A DNA stretch of 63,965 nucleotides, filler included, from Craspedostauros australis (taxonomy: Eukaryota), in assembly GCA_030167865.1 (NCBI GenBank). It is 7 parts of 7 records of this genome, joined end to end, with 100 filler letters (N's around TTAATTAATTAA, not from the genome) between each part and the next. Parts side by side here need not be neighbours in the genome. Positions count along the whole stretch, not along the records: positions 17,916 to 35,710 come from JALAGF010001023.1; 6 more parts are not named here. One strand, written 5' to 3'. A program made the translations under genes and the position numbers. Below are positions 19,822-32,340 of this stretch, piece by piece; position 1 is the stretch's first letter; each line of letters begins with the position of its first letter. The notes beneath the pieces were generated by a model. That model saw only the letters and a list, made by a program, of their open reading frames with translations. It was not told where the DNA came from and ran no database searches.

Positions 19822-22800
19822 ATGAACGACGAACTGGAGTGTTCCAGCGCAAGCAGTGTGGAGGACGACTACCTTGTGCAGCATCAGTTGGAGCAACAGA
19901 GACATCAGCAAAGACAACAGCAACCGGACGACCTGGGATCCCAGAAACGACGTTCGGCGCTCACCAGGGCGACTTCAGATGCAACCACAGAGAGCACGTT
20001 GACCATGTCCACCAGCGGCACAGCAGATGAGCAGGATCGCAGAGACGCGCATTCGCAAAGGAAGCGTCCGCAGCTCAACTCCTCGCATCGCAGGTCTGCC
20101 TCTACTCTCAGCAGACGATCGAAGGGAGATGTTGCATCCAGCAACAGTAACAACAACAACAGCAACAACAACAGCGGCAGAATCAGAGGCCGCTACTCCC
20201 GCAAATACCACAGCAGCCACGATCGCAACCTATCCAGCGAAGATCAGGACGATCGAAGCGTCGCCACTTTCGAAGATGACGCGCATACAATCATTGATGA
20301 TAACGATGTGACCTATGACAACGATGCGACCTATGACAACGACGACAACGACGACAACGACGCCATCGATGGTCCTGGACACATGGAGCTCTCCAAGCAG
20401 CCCAACTCCGAGAGGAGGGTCCGTCCACGCAGCAGGAGCGCTGTGGGGAGACGTCCCAGGGCAACCTCCATTACCAATCGCAAGGGCAGGGACAGAGACA
20501 GAGCGAGGGATCGAAGCGGTGGCACCAATGCCATCACCGGCAGCGGCAACGCGGAAGGCAGCACGCGTGGCTCCACCCGCACTCGCAGCCGCAGTCAGAG
20601 CACCAACGATGCCAAGTCCTCCTCGCAGCGTCTGCGCAGAAGGATCAGGTCAGCCTCCACAACTGAAGATCTCCATCCCGATGAACCGGCCTCCGGGGAT
20701 GATCATCCGGAAGTGCCAGCTGCAGCGAACGCACCATCATCCGGACAGCGCAGTCGAAGCAGGTCCACGACGAACAGGAGGCAACGTTCCAGATCCACCG
20801 TGGACAAGTCTCTCGACGCCGATTCACCTGCGACAACCAGCAAAGCGAAGTCGAAGACGGCACCGTCCACGCCATCATCATCGGCGTCTCGCAAGCCAAG
20901 AAGCAGGTCCAGGTCGCATTCCAAGGAACGATCGACCATCGGCACCACCAACATCAACACGACCCCCTCCTCCACCGCAAGACCATCGGCACGCAAGTAC
21001 GCCTCGCCGTCATCTCTAACGCCCACCGCTGTCGACAGGCTCTCCATGCGTCGTGGGCGGCGCAGCCTGGAGCTACGTAGCGAGCGACAACGCAAGGAGG
21101 AGGAGAGAAGCCACCGCAAGAACATCATCGGTGGCAGCCTGCACAAGTTCACCTCCGATACGCGCAGCGAGATCGCAGCCGAGTTCGGGCTCGACAGCAC
21201 CAAGTCATTCGGGGACAGCAGCGATGATGACAACGATTACCTCGAGATCACCAAGCGCAACAGCACCAGCAGCACCAACGGCACCAACGGCACCAGCAGG
21301 GGCACCACCAACACGCCCACCCAGTCCAACCGATCGCGCAAGATACGCCGAGCCAAGTCACGGACCGAGGTGGGAGCTGCCGATGCTGCAACTGGGGCTG
21401 CGGACAGGCTGCATCCTGACGATGAGACCCTGGAGTCCAACCCCTCCCTCATCTCCACCTCCAGCAAGATGGAGCGCCATCGCAACCGTCGCAGGCGCTC
21501 TCCGATGTCCACCTCCAATTCATCCGCCAGGAGCACCTCGCGCCGCAACAACCCCTCCATCCGACAACGCCAGCGGTCCAACTCCGCATCCTCCATCCGA
21601 TCACGCCGCGGCCAGCGCGCACGCCTCGAACGCCTTGGGGACGAGCTGGATCGTCTCTCGGATCATCAGCTCGAGCATCTGCACAGCAGGAAGAAGAACA
21701 GGGGCAGGGGTGCCGCGGCTGCGAACAACGCCAAGGCACGCGCAACCACCAAGGGACCCAACCCCGCCCATCGCAGACGACGCAGCAACTCCATCTCTTC
21801 CACCTCCTCGCGCAACAGGGAGGATGGCTACAGCACCAGCACCACCCACGCCAACGACTCATCCTTCTCCACCACCAACACGCCACCCAACCGCGGCAGC
21901 GCAGCCAACGACGCCTCCATCCTCACCAAGGACACCAGCATCAACAGCATGGACACCAACCAGCAGATCAACGAGACGGACATCGACACGCAGGATCAAG
22001 ACCAAGACAATGAGGCGATGGATGACAACGACGAATCCGATCACAGCGAAGCCGATGGCAAGGACAAGAAGAAGGACAAGAAAAAGAGCAAGAAGAAGCG
22101 CGCCATCAAGAAAATCTCCAGCATCTTCCGAGGCAAGAAGTCAAAAGCCAAGGCCGCGGCGAAGGCGGCCGCTGCTGCAGATGCCAAGGATAGCGACGGT
22201 GAGGAGGACATTGGCGACGATGGTGACGATGCCTCTACGGTTCTTGCTGCTGCTACTTCGATTGTTTCCGCTTCCACGGATGCAACCGGCGCTGCCGATA
22301 TTTCCACGGAGGAAAGCAACGCCACACCCAAGAGCAAGAGCAAGAAGAGCAGGTGGAGGAGGAGGAAGAAGGACAAGAAGCAGAAGAAGGATAAGCAAAA
22401 GGGAGTTGCCATCGCCCTGGATGACGATGAAGACGACGACGAAGAGGAAGACGTGCTGATGGATTCCCTGCACGGCAGCGCTCATCAGAACAGCAAGTAC
22501 CGAATCAGCATCAACAGCACCAACGACGATCGCGACGATGAGGATGTCGACATCGATGATAATGACGATAATGACGATGATGACGACCAATCCGAGTCCT
22601 CCATCTCCATCTTCGATCGCTCCAGCATGCCCATGCCACAAGACAAGCTTGCCGCCGATCAGCAGTATCAGGACATGATGTCATCCCAGGCGAGCTTGGA
22701 CCCAGATCTGCTCAAGGTCGACAAGGCCAAGCGCAGATCTTCTGTCGCATCCATCGATGATCTCTGTGTAACAATTGGAGGACACGTCGGTGCCGACGAC

Positions 22801-25584
22801 GATGACGATGACCAATCGATCGAGGATCACCTCTCCTCAGAGCATTCCGAATCCATCCACGATCATTCCCAGGCCGATCTCTTGGATTTGGGTAGCGACC
22901 ATCTGGTCATGGGAGGCCTCAGCAATGGTGCTGGCAATGATGATGGCATCTCCGGCAATAGCAACCACACGCACAAATCCGCCATCTCGGTCGTGATCAA
23001 TCCCAAGATGAACATATCCGCAAACTCGCTCAGCATCGAAGACCTGGAGATGGCGGCGAAGAACTCATCCGCATTCGCGCGGTCGTCATCATCGCCGTCT
23101 CCCTCATTGTCACAGATCTCCAATAACAGCAGCAACAACATCAACAACGGCTCCAACCATACCACCAAACGCCACTCCGGCGGTGCCATGCGCCGAAGCT
23201 CTTCCATTCTCAAATCCAAGCACTACAAGAAGAAAAAGAAGAGCAAGAATGCGCTGCACGACGAGGAAGAAGACGAGGACGCCATGTCGATGCGTGAGGA
23301 TATTGATCAGACCATGAGCTGGGACGATACCAAGCCCATGCTGAGTGCCGATGAGGTCATTCAATTCGATCCGGCCAATGTCCATCAGCTCCTGGATCGT
23401 GCCGATTCTATCTTCATCATTGACTCGGATCACTCTGACGATGAGAATGAGATTGATGGCGATGTTGCTAATGTTGACAAGAGTGACAAGAACGACGAAA
23501 ACGCCGAAGCGAAGGACAAGACCGATCAGAATCAGAATCAGACTGCCGATGTCCTAGATGAGAGCGATGCAAGCATCGTTCGCAACGATGATGCCACTGA
23601 GGGTGCTGACGACAACAACGACGTTGGCGGCAACAGCACCAGCAGCGATGGAGCGCGTGAAAAAAGAGATTCTATCGAGTCACCGGACACGTCACATACA
23701 GCAACAACAACAGCACCAACAGCAGCCGCGCCAGGCAACAAACAAGAAGCTGGCGACAGCGGCAGTGAAGGCACTGATGTCCGTGCCAATACGAAGGGAA
23801 TCACCAGCAAGGAGAAGGAATCTGACCCCGCCGACGACGTTACTTCGATTGATTCGATGCCAGACCTGGCCTCGATCGGGGATGAACCCATGTCATTGAG
23901 CAGCAAGACGGATACTGACACTGACACCGACGTGGATGCAGACGTGGATGCGAATGCAGATGGACCGGTAACGCCAATGCCAACGCCAACCGCAGAGGGT
24001 GGCGATAAAGCCGCCCAGGTGTCGCTGATGACGATGATGCAGAGCAGCAGCGACGAAGAGTCGTTGGTGGACAACAGCTCGCCACCGTTGGACGCCGGTG
24101 GTAAGATTGGGGCTGGAAGGAAGATCAAGCTCATCTCTGACGATGCCAAATGCAACATCGATGAATCCATCTCGTATGCATCAGGATCATCCAAACGGAA
24201 CCGAAGAAGAGATGCGGCGACGAAATCGCCAGCAAACAATCCTGCCTCGATGACGCTGGAACGCAGCAACTCCGTGCGATCAAGACGCAGATTGGACCGT
24301 GCGTACTCTCCGAACCGTTCTAGCGGTCCAAATGCGGAAAGCAAAGCATCAGAGACATTGAATGGATCCATGTCGTCATTCGGCACGATGGGTTCAAGAG
24401 GAGCATCCGCCAAAGGTAACGACTCCTCGCGCAGGATCAGGTCGCGGTCGATCTCAGGGCCATCCGTGGACCGCAAGCAACGGGCATCTCAGTCGCCCAA
24501 GATGACACGCTCGCCGCGTTCGCCACGATCGCCATCAAGAAGAGGTTCAGCGTCACGTCTCCGCTCTCCAACCAACAGCCGAAAGGCCAGCATCGTGTCC
24601 AAGGACGATCGTGCACGGTCCACATCGCGCCCGAGACGATCATCCTCCATCACCAGCCGCATGCAGGGACGATCCCGCTCCCGACCGCGCCGTGCTGACG
24701 ACTCACACCGCAGACGCCGCTCCAGATCAACATCGAGATCCAGATCTAGATCCAGGTCCAAGTCGAGGAAGAGCAAGGGTGCCAGCGGAGGCGCCCGTGA
24801 CAGTAGCAACGCCGACAAGGCCAAGGAGAACAGCAGATCACCCGGCAAACTCCAGGGAGGACGCAAGATCCGATATGTTGGCAAGGACAATGGTGAGAAG
24901 GACGGCCAGCGAAGCGGCGAACCGACCGAGGAGAAGAAGGAAGAACTGAGATCAGTCACCAGCAACTCCACCTCATCGCAAGCGCGTCGCACCAGGCAGT
25001 CGTCGTACTTGAACCAAAGAAAGATTGATCGCCATTCCACACGTGAACGCAAGCGATCGATCAATTCCAAGCTTGATCAATTCCTCGAGCTGATTGATGA
25101 TGATTCCAAGGCGAAGCGCACTGACTTGCTCAAGGATGATGGTCGTTCTGTGTCGAGCGCCATGCCGCACAGAGAACAGTCTAAACGCTTGGCCAAGCTC
25201 ACATCGAAGCGTCGGTCGTCTTCGGCGATGCAGAAGTCGAACTTGGCTGTCCCGGCGGAGAATGGCATGAGCGGCGACATGGATGATGACAGCGACAATA
25301 GCAGCAGCCGCGCTGGTGAAAATGACGACGGTCTTCCCATGATCAGCAAGGACCTGCTTCGCCAGGCGGTGCGCCAATTTACACAAGACCCATCTCGTGG
25401 TTATGGCAAGAACGAGGGCACCAGAGGTGACAAAAACGATGCCGACGACGACGACGATGACACCGGATCTGTGCTGAGCATGCCTCACTTGAACAACCGA
25501 GCAAACTCGAATCCATTGCAACGCAAGCATTCCTACGAGCCTCGGCGAAGCAGATTCCACAAGGTCCCCATTCCCATCAGCTGA
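19822..25584 (+). CDS. Very large low-complexity, predicted disordered protein (~1920 aa) with RS-rich, Lys-rich and Asp-rich blocks; function unknown
   Basis: 5.8-kb uninterrupted ORF. First ATG at 19822 (the ORF-track start at 19585 is a GTG). RSRSRS tracts, poly-K stretches resembling NLSs and poly-D tracts; no folded domain recognised. Confidence 0.8.
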   Translation: MNDELECSSASSVEDDYLVQHQLEQQRHQQRQQQPDDLGSQKRRSALTRATSDATTESTLTMSTSGTADEQDRRDAHSQRKRPQLNSSHRRSASTLSRRSKGDVASSNSNNNNSNNNSGRIRGRYSRKYHSSHDRNLSSEDQDDRSVATFEDDAHTIIDDNDVTYDNDATYDNDDNDDNDAIDGPGHMELSKQPNSERRVRPRSRSAVGRRPRATSITNRKGRDRDRARDRSGGTNAITGSGNAEGSTRGSTRTRSRSQSTNDAKSSSQRLRRRIRSASTTEDLHPDEPASGDDHPEVPAAANAPSSGQRSRSRSTTNRRQRSRSTVDKSLDADSPATTSKAKSKTAPSTPSSSASRKPRSRSRSHSKERSTIGTTNINTTPSSTARPSARKYASPSSLTPTAVDRLSMRRGRRSLELRSERQRKEEERSHRKNIIGGSLHKFTSDTRSEIAAEFGLDSTKSFGDSSDDDNDYLEITKRNSTSSTNGTNGTSRGTTNTPTQSNRSRKIRRAKSRTEVGAADAATGAADRLHPDDETLESNPSLISTSSKMERHRNRRRRSPMSTSNSSARSTSRRNNPSIRQRQRSNSASSIRSRRGQRARLERLGDELDRLSDHQLEHLHSRKKNRGRGAAAANNAKARATTKGPNPAHRRRRSNSISSTSSRNREDGYSTSTTHANDSSFSTTNTPPNRGSAANDASILTKDTSINSMDTNQQINETDIDTQDQDQDNEAMDDNDESDHSEADGKDKKKDKKKSKKKRAIKKISSIFRGKKSKAKAAAKAAAAADAKDSDGEEDIGDDGDDASTVLAAATSIVSASTDATGAADISTEESNATPKSKSKKSRWRRRKKDKKQKKDKQKGVAIALDDDEDDDEEEDVLMDSLHGSAHQNSKYRISINSTNDDRDDEDVDIDDNDDNDDDDDQSESSISIFDRSSMPMPQDKLAADQQYQDMMSSQASLDPDLLKVDKAKRRSSVASIDDLCVTIGGHVGADDDDDDQSIEDHLSSEHSESIHDHSQADLLDLGSDHLVMGGLSNGAGNDDGISGNSNHTHKSAISVVINPKMNISANSLSIEDLEMAAKNSSAFARSSSSPSPSLSQISNNSSNNINNGSNHTTKRHSGGAMRRSSSILKSKHYKKKKKSKNALHDEEEDEDAMSMREDIDQTMSWDDTKPMLSADEVIQFDPANVHQLLDRADSIFIIDSDHSDDENEIDGDVANVDKSDKNDENAEAKDKTDQNQNQTADVLDESDASIVRNDDATEGADDNNDVGGNSTSSDGAREKRDSIESPDTSHTATTTAPTAAAPGNKQEAGDSGSEGTDVRANTKGITSKEKESDPADDVTSIDSMPDLASIGDEPMSLSSKTDTDTDTDVDADVDANADGPVTPMPTPTAEGGDKAAQVSLMTMMQSSSDEESLVDNSSPPLDAGGKIGAGRKIKLISDDAKCNIDESISYASGSSKRNRRRDAATKSPANNPASMTLERSNSVRSRRRLDRAYSPNRSSGPNAESKASETLNGSMSSFGTMGSRGASAKGNDSSRRIRSRSISGPSVDRKQRASQSPKMTRSPRSPRSPSRRGSASRLRSPTNSRKASIVSKDDRARSTSRPRRSSSITSRMQGRSRSRPRRADDSHRRRRSRSTSRSRSRSRSKSRKSKGASGGARDSSNADKAKENSRSPGKLQGGRKIRYVGKDNGEKDGQRSGEPTEEKKEELRSVTSNSTSSQARRTRQSSYLNQRKIDRHSTRERKRSINSKLDQFLELIDDDSKAKRTDLLKDDGRSVSSAMPHREQSKRLAKLTSKRRSSSAMQKSNLAVPAENGMSGDMDDDSDNSSSRAGENDDGLPMISKDLLRQAVRQFTQDPSRGYGKNEGTRGDKNDADDDDDDTGSVLSMPHLNNRANSNPLQRKHSYEPRRSRFHKVPIPIS

Positions 25585-27374
25585 ACTCACCCGCCACAAT
25601 GCAAGTAAGGCGAGGCGAGACCATTTGCATCTGCCGCATTTCCGGCTGCGAACGAGTCTCACGTCAGCAACGAACAACGACCACAAGAACAAACCACAAA
25701 CACCAACAGCACCGCCACCGTCACCGTCACAAACAAGAAGACATACCATACATAGAACCCGTGTGCACAACACCGTATCACTACTCATAATTAACAACTG
25801 TACTCCTGCACGTATACATATGCTTCGAGCAGCAGTGTCATCATCTGTTGTACACATAGTACTCCAGTAGTATCATCGGCGAATACAAATACGAATAAAC
25901 ATCATGCATGACACGCAATTTCATCCGACACCATGACTCTGTTCCAGCACAACGTGATAGCAGTGCTCGTGGAGTGGCAGGCTTCGGCAACAGTCTGATT
26001 TCTAGAATAGCTTTCTTGAATCCCTGTACCACGCCACGCCACAGCACTGCGAGTCATGGTGCTGGCGGGACATCAGCCTGCGTAACCTGGGACTCAAGCG
26101 CTTGGATCGTCCCAGGCTCCATTGTGGCGTCGGAATTTCGATCAACAATACTACTAATGTCTTGTGCGCGCGCTTCTCAATTCTGAAGATGAGCACATGC
26201 CATGTCCGCTTGTAGACGACTATACCATATGAATAGGTCGTATATACCGTCCAGGTCTCCTGCTGTCTCAGTTCAATGCTGTCCCAAACAGCATCACCGT
26301 TGCGAGTACTCGTGCTCGTGCTCAACCATACCCCATGGTTCCACTCGTACATAATAGTTCGTAGAGGTGTCGCGCTCGTTTGCGGAACTCTGCGAATTGA
26401 TGGATTTGGCGCACATTTTGTGAGAGCGAAAACGACACGTACTCACATAGTCCTCATCTGAAACAAGACAGGATGGAAATGACTTTGTGTTCCGATTCGT
26501 TCCTTGCGACACGAGACATTATTGGGCACATGTATCCGTTCCGAGTCACGCATGCGTATTGTGTGGAGCTTTGACCGAGCACCACACAAGACACGACTTG
26601 CCGTGTCGGCGCTTGGTGGTGCGGAACGAAAGGGGAGTTCGTATTGGGCGTGTACTCCCACCCTTGGCGCTGTTGTGTTGTGCCAAACCAAGAAGGGGTG
26701 AAGCGGAGGAGGCGTGCCTCTGTCTTGGCGGAAGGAACCCATCCCTGCAGCGATGACACGAGGGAGAAGAGGAGGATGTGGAGGCAGCGCAGCACCACGG
26801 ATGGTACAATAACTTTGATCTGATACTGAAAGTATACTAATCGTGCTATACTCCTCCTGCGTCCCTCTCCCTGGGAACACAACTGCAGATTGAAGGAGAC
26901 GGAGACGAAGTCAAAGAGGATCGGAATCAGAGCACGGGTAGATAGTATCATTGTCGCCAAGCATCGTCAACGACCCAGAACCACAGTCCAAGGCCACTGC
27001 TCCAACCGCTGATCAGGCCGTATTAGTAGTCGTACGATACTACGACTATACTCTCTATTGGTGTTTTCCGCAGTTGACCACAAGTTGGCACTGATACACG
27101 TAGTCCTGGGCAGCTCTGAATTCCCAAGCAAAGTTCGCTGCGCATCTCGTACGATTGCGGATCGAAGAGTATCGCACCAACAGAGCACAGCACAGCAGAC
27201 ATCTCCGTCATCCTTCCCAGGCCTCTCTCTCTCTCTCTCACACGCACACTCTCTTGAAGCTCTCCATACCATACGACTACGAGCATCATAGAATAGTCGT
27301 ACTTGCGACCACAATCATCGCCACATTCGAAGCCACAAGCAGACGCAGACACAAAAGCAAAGACAATCGCAATC

Positions 27375-28913
27375 ATGCCGTCATCATCGAGAGATGACTA
27401 CCAGATGCAGAGGCGTCGCAACATGTACGGCTACTGCGGCAGGACGGTCATCACGCTGATCGGTGTCGCTTCCATCCTCTGCTCCCTCTATGCCAGCACG
27501 ACGTGCGACTTCATCTCCTACGAGTCCCTCACTGGATCGCCGCAGGAGACGCTGGAGCCTCCCTTCGACAGGGCCGTCAAGGCCAATGTGGGCATCTTCC
27601 AGTACAAGATCCTGGAGGTTGAGGGCAGGGTGGCTGTCGATGAGGAGTGCGACGTCTACGACTCGCTCTTCCAGGACATGGCGGACGACTACCCTAGCCT
27701 CACCAGCGCGCAGTTCTGCGCTCTCATCGCACCCGTCGCTGCCGCTCTCGCTCTCTTCCTCAACTTCTTCGAATGCTTCTGCTGCTCCTTTTACGCCAGC
27801 TTCCTCCTCACGGGATTCCTCTTCCTCTCGGCCACGGGCATTCAGGCAGGGACGTTCTCCCTTGTGGCTGATCCAGATTTCTGGTACGTTCCCTTCATCT
27901 GCTCCTCTTCGTTCTCATATGCACTCTATCATACCGTCCCACTCTCGTCTTTTCTGCATTGCGTGAAGTACATAAAATATGCAAAGTACGTACATGAGTC
28001 TCACCCACTCTCCGACACAATTCTCCTACTCACCCCGTAAACACCAACAACATTAACGACAATCACCACCAACTTCGTTCGCTGTGCGATCACAAACAGC
28101 TTCTCGGACAACCAGGAGTGCGAGCAAAAGGAGGGCGTGTACTTCGGCATAGCGGCAACAGCGGGCTTCTTCGTTGCCGCCACCTTGCTGTGCTGCATGC
28201 CGCGTCCCGATCCTTGCTGTTACGCCAATCTGCAGAACCAACGCGAAGAGCAGCATCGCGCATCAGGTCGCACCAACCTCTCCCAACCGAACAACGGCTC
28301 CGGCAAACAGCAGCCGCCCAAACGACGACCTTCGCCTGCCATCGCGAGCCCGGTTTCACCATCGCCGCCACCCAAGCGAAGGAACAGCAGGCAGCCAAGC
28401 CGTGGCAACTCCAGCGGCGGCGGCAGCACCAACAACAATCGAGCATCAACGCGCCGCAAGAAGGCGAACCGCACCAATTCTGCGTCCTTTAGCGACGAGG
28501 AGCAGAGTACATCGCGTCAGGAGCAGTACGCATCGTCAAGGGGTCGTTCCTCCGACTCCTCCCAGTCCGATTATTCCGACGACGACGAGCAGCGGCGCCC
28601 GATCCCACGGCATTCGTCGCGCATGTCGGGCTCGCACCATTCCAGGTCGAGGCACACCACTTCTTCCGATGCGGACTTCGACACCAACGTCCCGCCACCG
28701 CGCAACGTCAGCCACATGGAGACGACCGAGAAGCTCTTCCCCGATGGCAGCAAGCAGGTCACGGAGACGACCCATTTCACCGATGGCAGCAAGGCTGTCA
28801 AAACAAGGGTCTTTGGTGCGGGAGAGTACGACGACGATGACAGCTTTGCAGACGACGATGCCGCCAGCAACAAGAACAACAACAACAGTGATGGTGATGA
28901 TGGGCTGGACTAA
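27375..28913 (+). CDS. Claudin/PMP22-superfamily-like 4-TM protein, paralog A. Exons 27375-27883 and 28100-28913; about 440 aa with a disordered tail
   Basis: TM1, then CDF..VGIFQY..C..Y..YPSLTSAQFCA, TM2, TM3 (IQAGTF), C..EC, TM4, CCMP. Phase-2 GTACGT..CAG intron inside a Cys codon. The family label is an inference from topology and the GIF/Cys pattern. Confidence 0.8.
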
Positions 28914-29480
28914 CTGCTTCATCGTACCATGCCAGAGCAACGAGGCAGTCACAACATCTTTCTCAGCCTGTTTTGCTGCAGAAATCATATACTCGCATGT
29001 ACATTCGCCGCGCTCATCCTGACCAACCAACGTTGGCCGTCTTCCCCATCCAAACAGATTTCATTGAATGAAATACAACGGAATGCACTCTCGGTGGAAT
29101 GCGCGGGATGGGCAGAGACTGCCGCTGCTGCTGTCGGCGCCCTCGACGTAATCGTGAACCACATAGAGTAGAGCTAGAGAAGAGCAAACCCTGCGCCGGA
29201 CCCTGCGGGACATCCATACCGTATAATCTCGTCAAAATCCTGAATATGTAGTAACTATGATTGTGAATTGTCGTTACGTCGTTATTACTCATATCTGACT
29301 CTGATTGCTTCGTCCTGGCTTGATTTGATCTGGTTTAGCCCGTCCCTCGATCCTGGTGATTGGTTGTGTTGTCTTGCGTCGTCTTGTGTCGTTCAACAAG
29401 TACGCCCATCGTTCTGGTTCTTTTCTTGTCTGTCTGTTTGTTGTTGTGCGTGTCTGTTTGGCTTGTTTCGATTGACTGCC

Positions 29481-30071
29481 TCACACGCTCCAAAATCCGT
29501 GACCCCACACATCATCCAACCACGCAGACAGCCCCAATGGCTCAATTCCCTCAGGAGGAAGAGATGCATCATCGTCTTCCTGGAGACTGGGCATGGTGGG
29601 TGAGGTGATTGTCGTTTTCTCATCGAACGTGCTCCAATGGACAAACATGAGTGAGTCTTGGAGTCTTGGAGCCGGCGGCGGCGGCGGTGGCGGTGGTGGA
29701 GCTCGGCGAGCATGCGAGAGCTGAGAAAACGCCCTTGTGTACCGTTCTGACCGAAATCGAGGTTTCGGATCACGAAGTTTGTCTCGGACCTTACGGGTTG
29801 CTTCCCTCGGTTCCAGTTCAACCCACGACAAAGGGTCGTCTTTCTTGTGTTTCAAGAATCGAGCGGGCGGGTGCGCCGAGAACATGATCAGGAGCTTGAC
29901 GTGCTCGACTATTTCCTTCTTTTTGGAATCAGAGCTCTGTCGATACCTCGGCCCCCATTCGTGGAATAGGCATTGCGCATGAATGGTCCCTGGATTTCTG
30001 TGACAATCGGCGGTTTTCCCGCACAAAAAGTCGCTTCTGCGTGGGGTAACGGAACGTCGGTCGGCGTTCAT
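29481..30071 (-). CDS. DUF6824-domain protein (diatom-expanded family), divergent copy; start uncertain
   Basis: DFLCGK..NPGT..Y..KKEIV..ARFLK..WVEL..ATRKVRDKLRD resembles the family pattern DVLxGRG..HPGN..GRFL..W..KVxQALRD. Confidence 0.75.
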   Translation of the reverse strand: MNADRRSVTPRRSDFLCGKTADCHRNPGTIHAQCLFHEWGPRYRQSSDSKKKEIVEHVKLLIMFSAHPPARFLKHKKDDPLSWVELEPREATRKVRDKLRDPKPRFRSERYTRAFSQLSHARRAPPPPPPPPPAPRLQDSLMFVHWSTFDEKTTITSPTMPSLQEDDDASLPPEGIEPLGLSAWLDDVWGHGFWSV

Positions 30072-32340
30072 CTTGGCTGGACAATGGAGAGAAAGCTCAT
30101 GAGGCTTCGTTGCATTATGCTCACGCCATGCGATTTTGCTTTCTGGTCGCAAGGAATGCATGTTTGCGCTTGTAGGTATCACGATGAAGTGTGACGTGAT
30201 GTATGGCTTGTGGGTTTTGGGGTGTGGTTGGCGAGCGACGTGGCAGGCGATGGAATTGTCGCAATCAAGAGATTATGAGGCATGTTGGGCAAGAACAGAG
30301 TACACACTTGGAGGCAGGCTCTTGTGGTGCGAACAAAAAGCACCGCTCGTCTGCAACGCATCCCTATGTATACTGTCACGTGCGCATGTCTCGTGGCGGT
30401 ATTGCGTCGCTCAAGATCACCTACGCTGCCTTCGTCGCGACGACAGTCCGCTCCCAGCACCGAACCGCGTTTGCGCAGAGGTTCGTCCAAGATGGTAGGC
30501 CGAACACAGCCTGCGCACTCCATACCATCCACATTTAGGGTTGCTCGAATCTTCCCGGCAGAGCGCAGAAAGGAGGAACGAAACCTGCGATGGCAAGGCT
30601 TTTGTCCACCGTCGGGCATGGGAAGCCATCGACAGATGGTGCTGCGACCTCCAAGGAATTCGAATGGAGGATGGCAGGCACATCACAGTTATTCTACGAG
30701 GAGCACGGTACTAACAGCATGTATTCCAAAGTTCACAGTGGCACAACGCATTTGGAGCAAGGCGCCACAGAGTATCAATGGAGATTTTTAAGTGTGCAGG
30801 CATGTGCTGGTCGAAACAGAGAGTGCGATTATAGGGGTATGCGCGTCTGGCCATGAGACAGTCTCGTCGCGAAACAATGGCACGATGTCGCAGACAGAGA
30901 ATGGGGAGATCGACACAATGTGCAAGAACCAGGAGGATTCCTCCCCTCCCTTCTGTTCTGGAGTACTCTGCCTTGCATTGGTTGCGTGGCCGTGCGCTTC
31001 TTGTCCAGTTCGCATCATTATGTAGACAGTTGAGGATATGTCGGCCGCAAGCCATTTTGCAGAGTACAATTAAACTAGGATCTGTGTCCGGTTGAATTCG
31101 ACGACACAACGCCTGGCCAAGCTCTTCTCTATCACTCCAAGTTAACAGCTTCGAACGTCGCGAAGGCACTGTCATCCTCCTGCCTGAAGTGCTTGTTGTG
31201 ATACCGTGCTTTTTTCATTGCTAACGCTGACGACTACTCTATAAATCTGTTTCCTTAATCGCACCACGGCTGGTCGCGCCCCGCCAGGCGAACGTCTTGG
31301 GTGGATTTGTCTTGTTGTTTCTCTTCACGGTTTTGTGTTGCTTCGAAGCGGTCTGTTGATTCGGGCGTTTCACGAATGTTTGTTCTGCGGATCGTGATTG
31401 ATCCGGTCAGTCCTATTCAGAACATTGGCACGTCTCGGACACACTATTTCTTGCGACGATTGGAATCATCGGTAAATAGTCAATATATCAAACATTTTGA
31501 TTGATGGGTTTCTTTGACTTTTCAATACCATGACTAAAAAGACCAACATGATTGTTTCCAACTGTTCCCAACAGCGTGTGAGGTTTCTGTTCGTGTTGTT
31601 GCAGGCAGGAATGAAAATGTCACAACCGTGTCCTTCGCGCCAACCTTTGCATGTTCTGGGCGACCTGATCGTGTGTTTGTGCTGCGGATACAAGGTGTGG
31701 GGACACCACGACCAAGAAAGACAGACAGAGACGAGCAGCAACATGGCATCCCACCTGCACTCGAAGATTCGCCATTGGGACGAAGAGAGACGAAGCAACA
31801 ACGCAAGAGGTCGCACCCGCAGATTGTACAACACTGCATCCATCTTCTGGTGGCCTTTGGATTGGCTCGAACACGATACCAGAGGAGGCAAAGCGGCGAC
31901 TGCATTCGTGGCCACATCCCCGAGAACGAGGACGACACGGACAGCAGCAACAGCAACAAGAAAAACAAGAACCTGTTGCTCGGATCATCCATCAGGTTCC
32001 GCAGAGCAAACAGAACCCATCAACGGACGCAGGAACGCAACGGTCGCATCCACAGGATTCATTGTATTTGCAATTGGTTGCTGTGGAGGCACTGCCGCAT
32101 TTCCTCCGAGCCGATACCACCAACATTGTCATCCATTCCGATCCATTCAGAGTGATTCCATCTCATTTTCCACCATCTTGTCGGGCGCTGTTCTGACATA
32201 CGTGCATAATACGAGGACGACTGCAACTGTAACAGCAGCACGAGCAGCCGCGAGAGGAAGCGACGCAGCCACTTCCGGACGCTGTCGTGTGCGCTAGTAT
32301 TGCAGGAACTTCTGGGGGCACTAAACGCACCGAACGCATC

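Noticed and set aside
30200..32300. Assorted 100-250 aa ORFs here and in 25600-27300, 40476-41800, 42800-44500 and 60830-61930
   Set aside because: No codon bias, motifs or credible starts; treated as intergenic or UTR.
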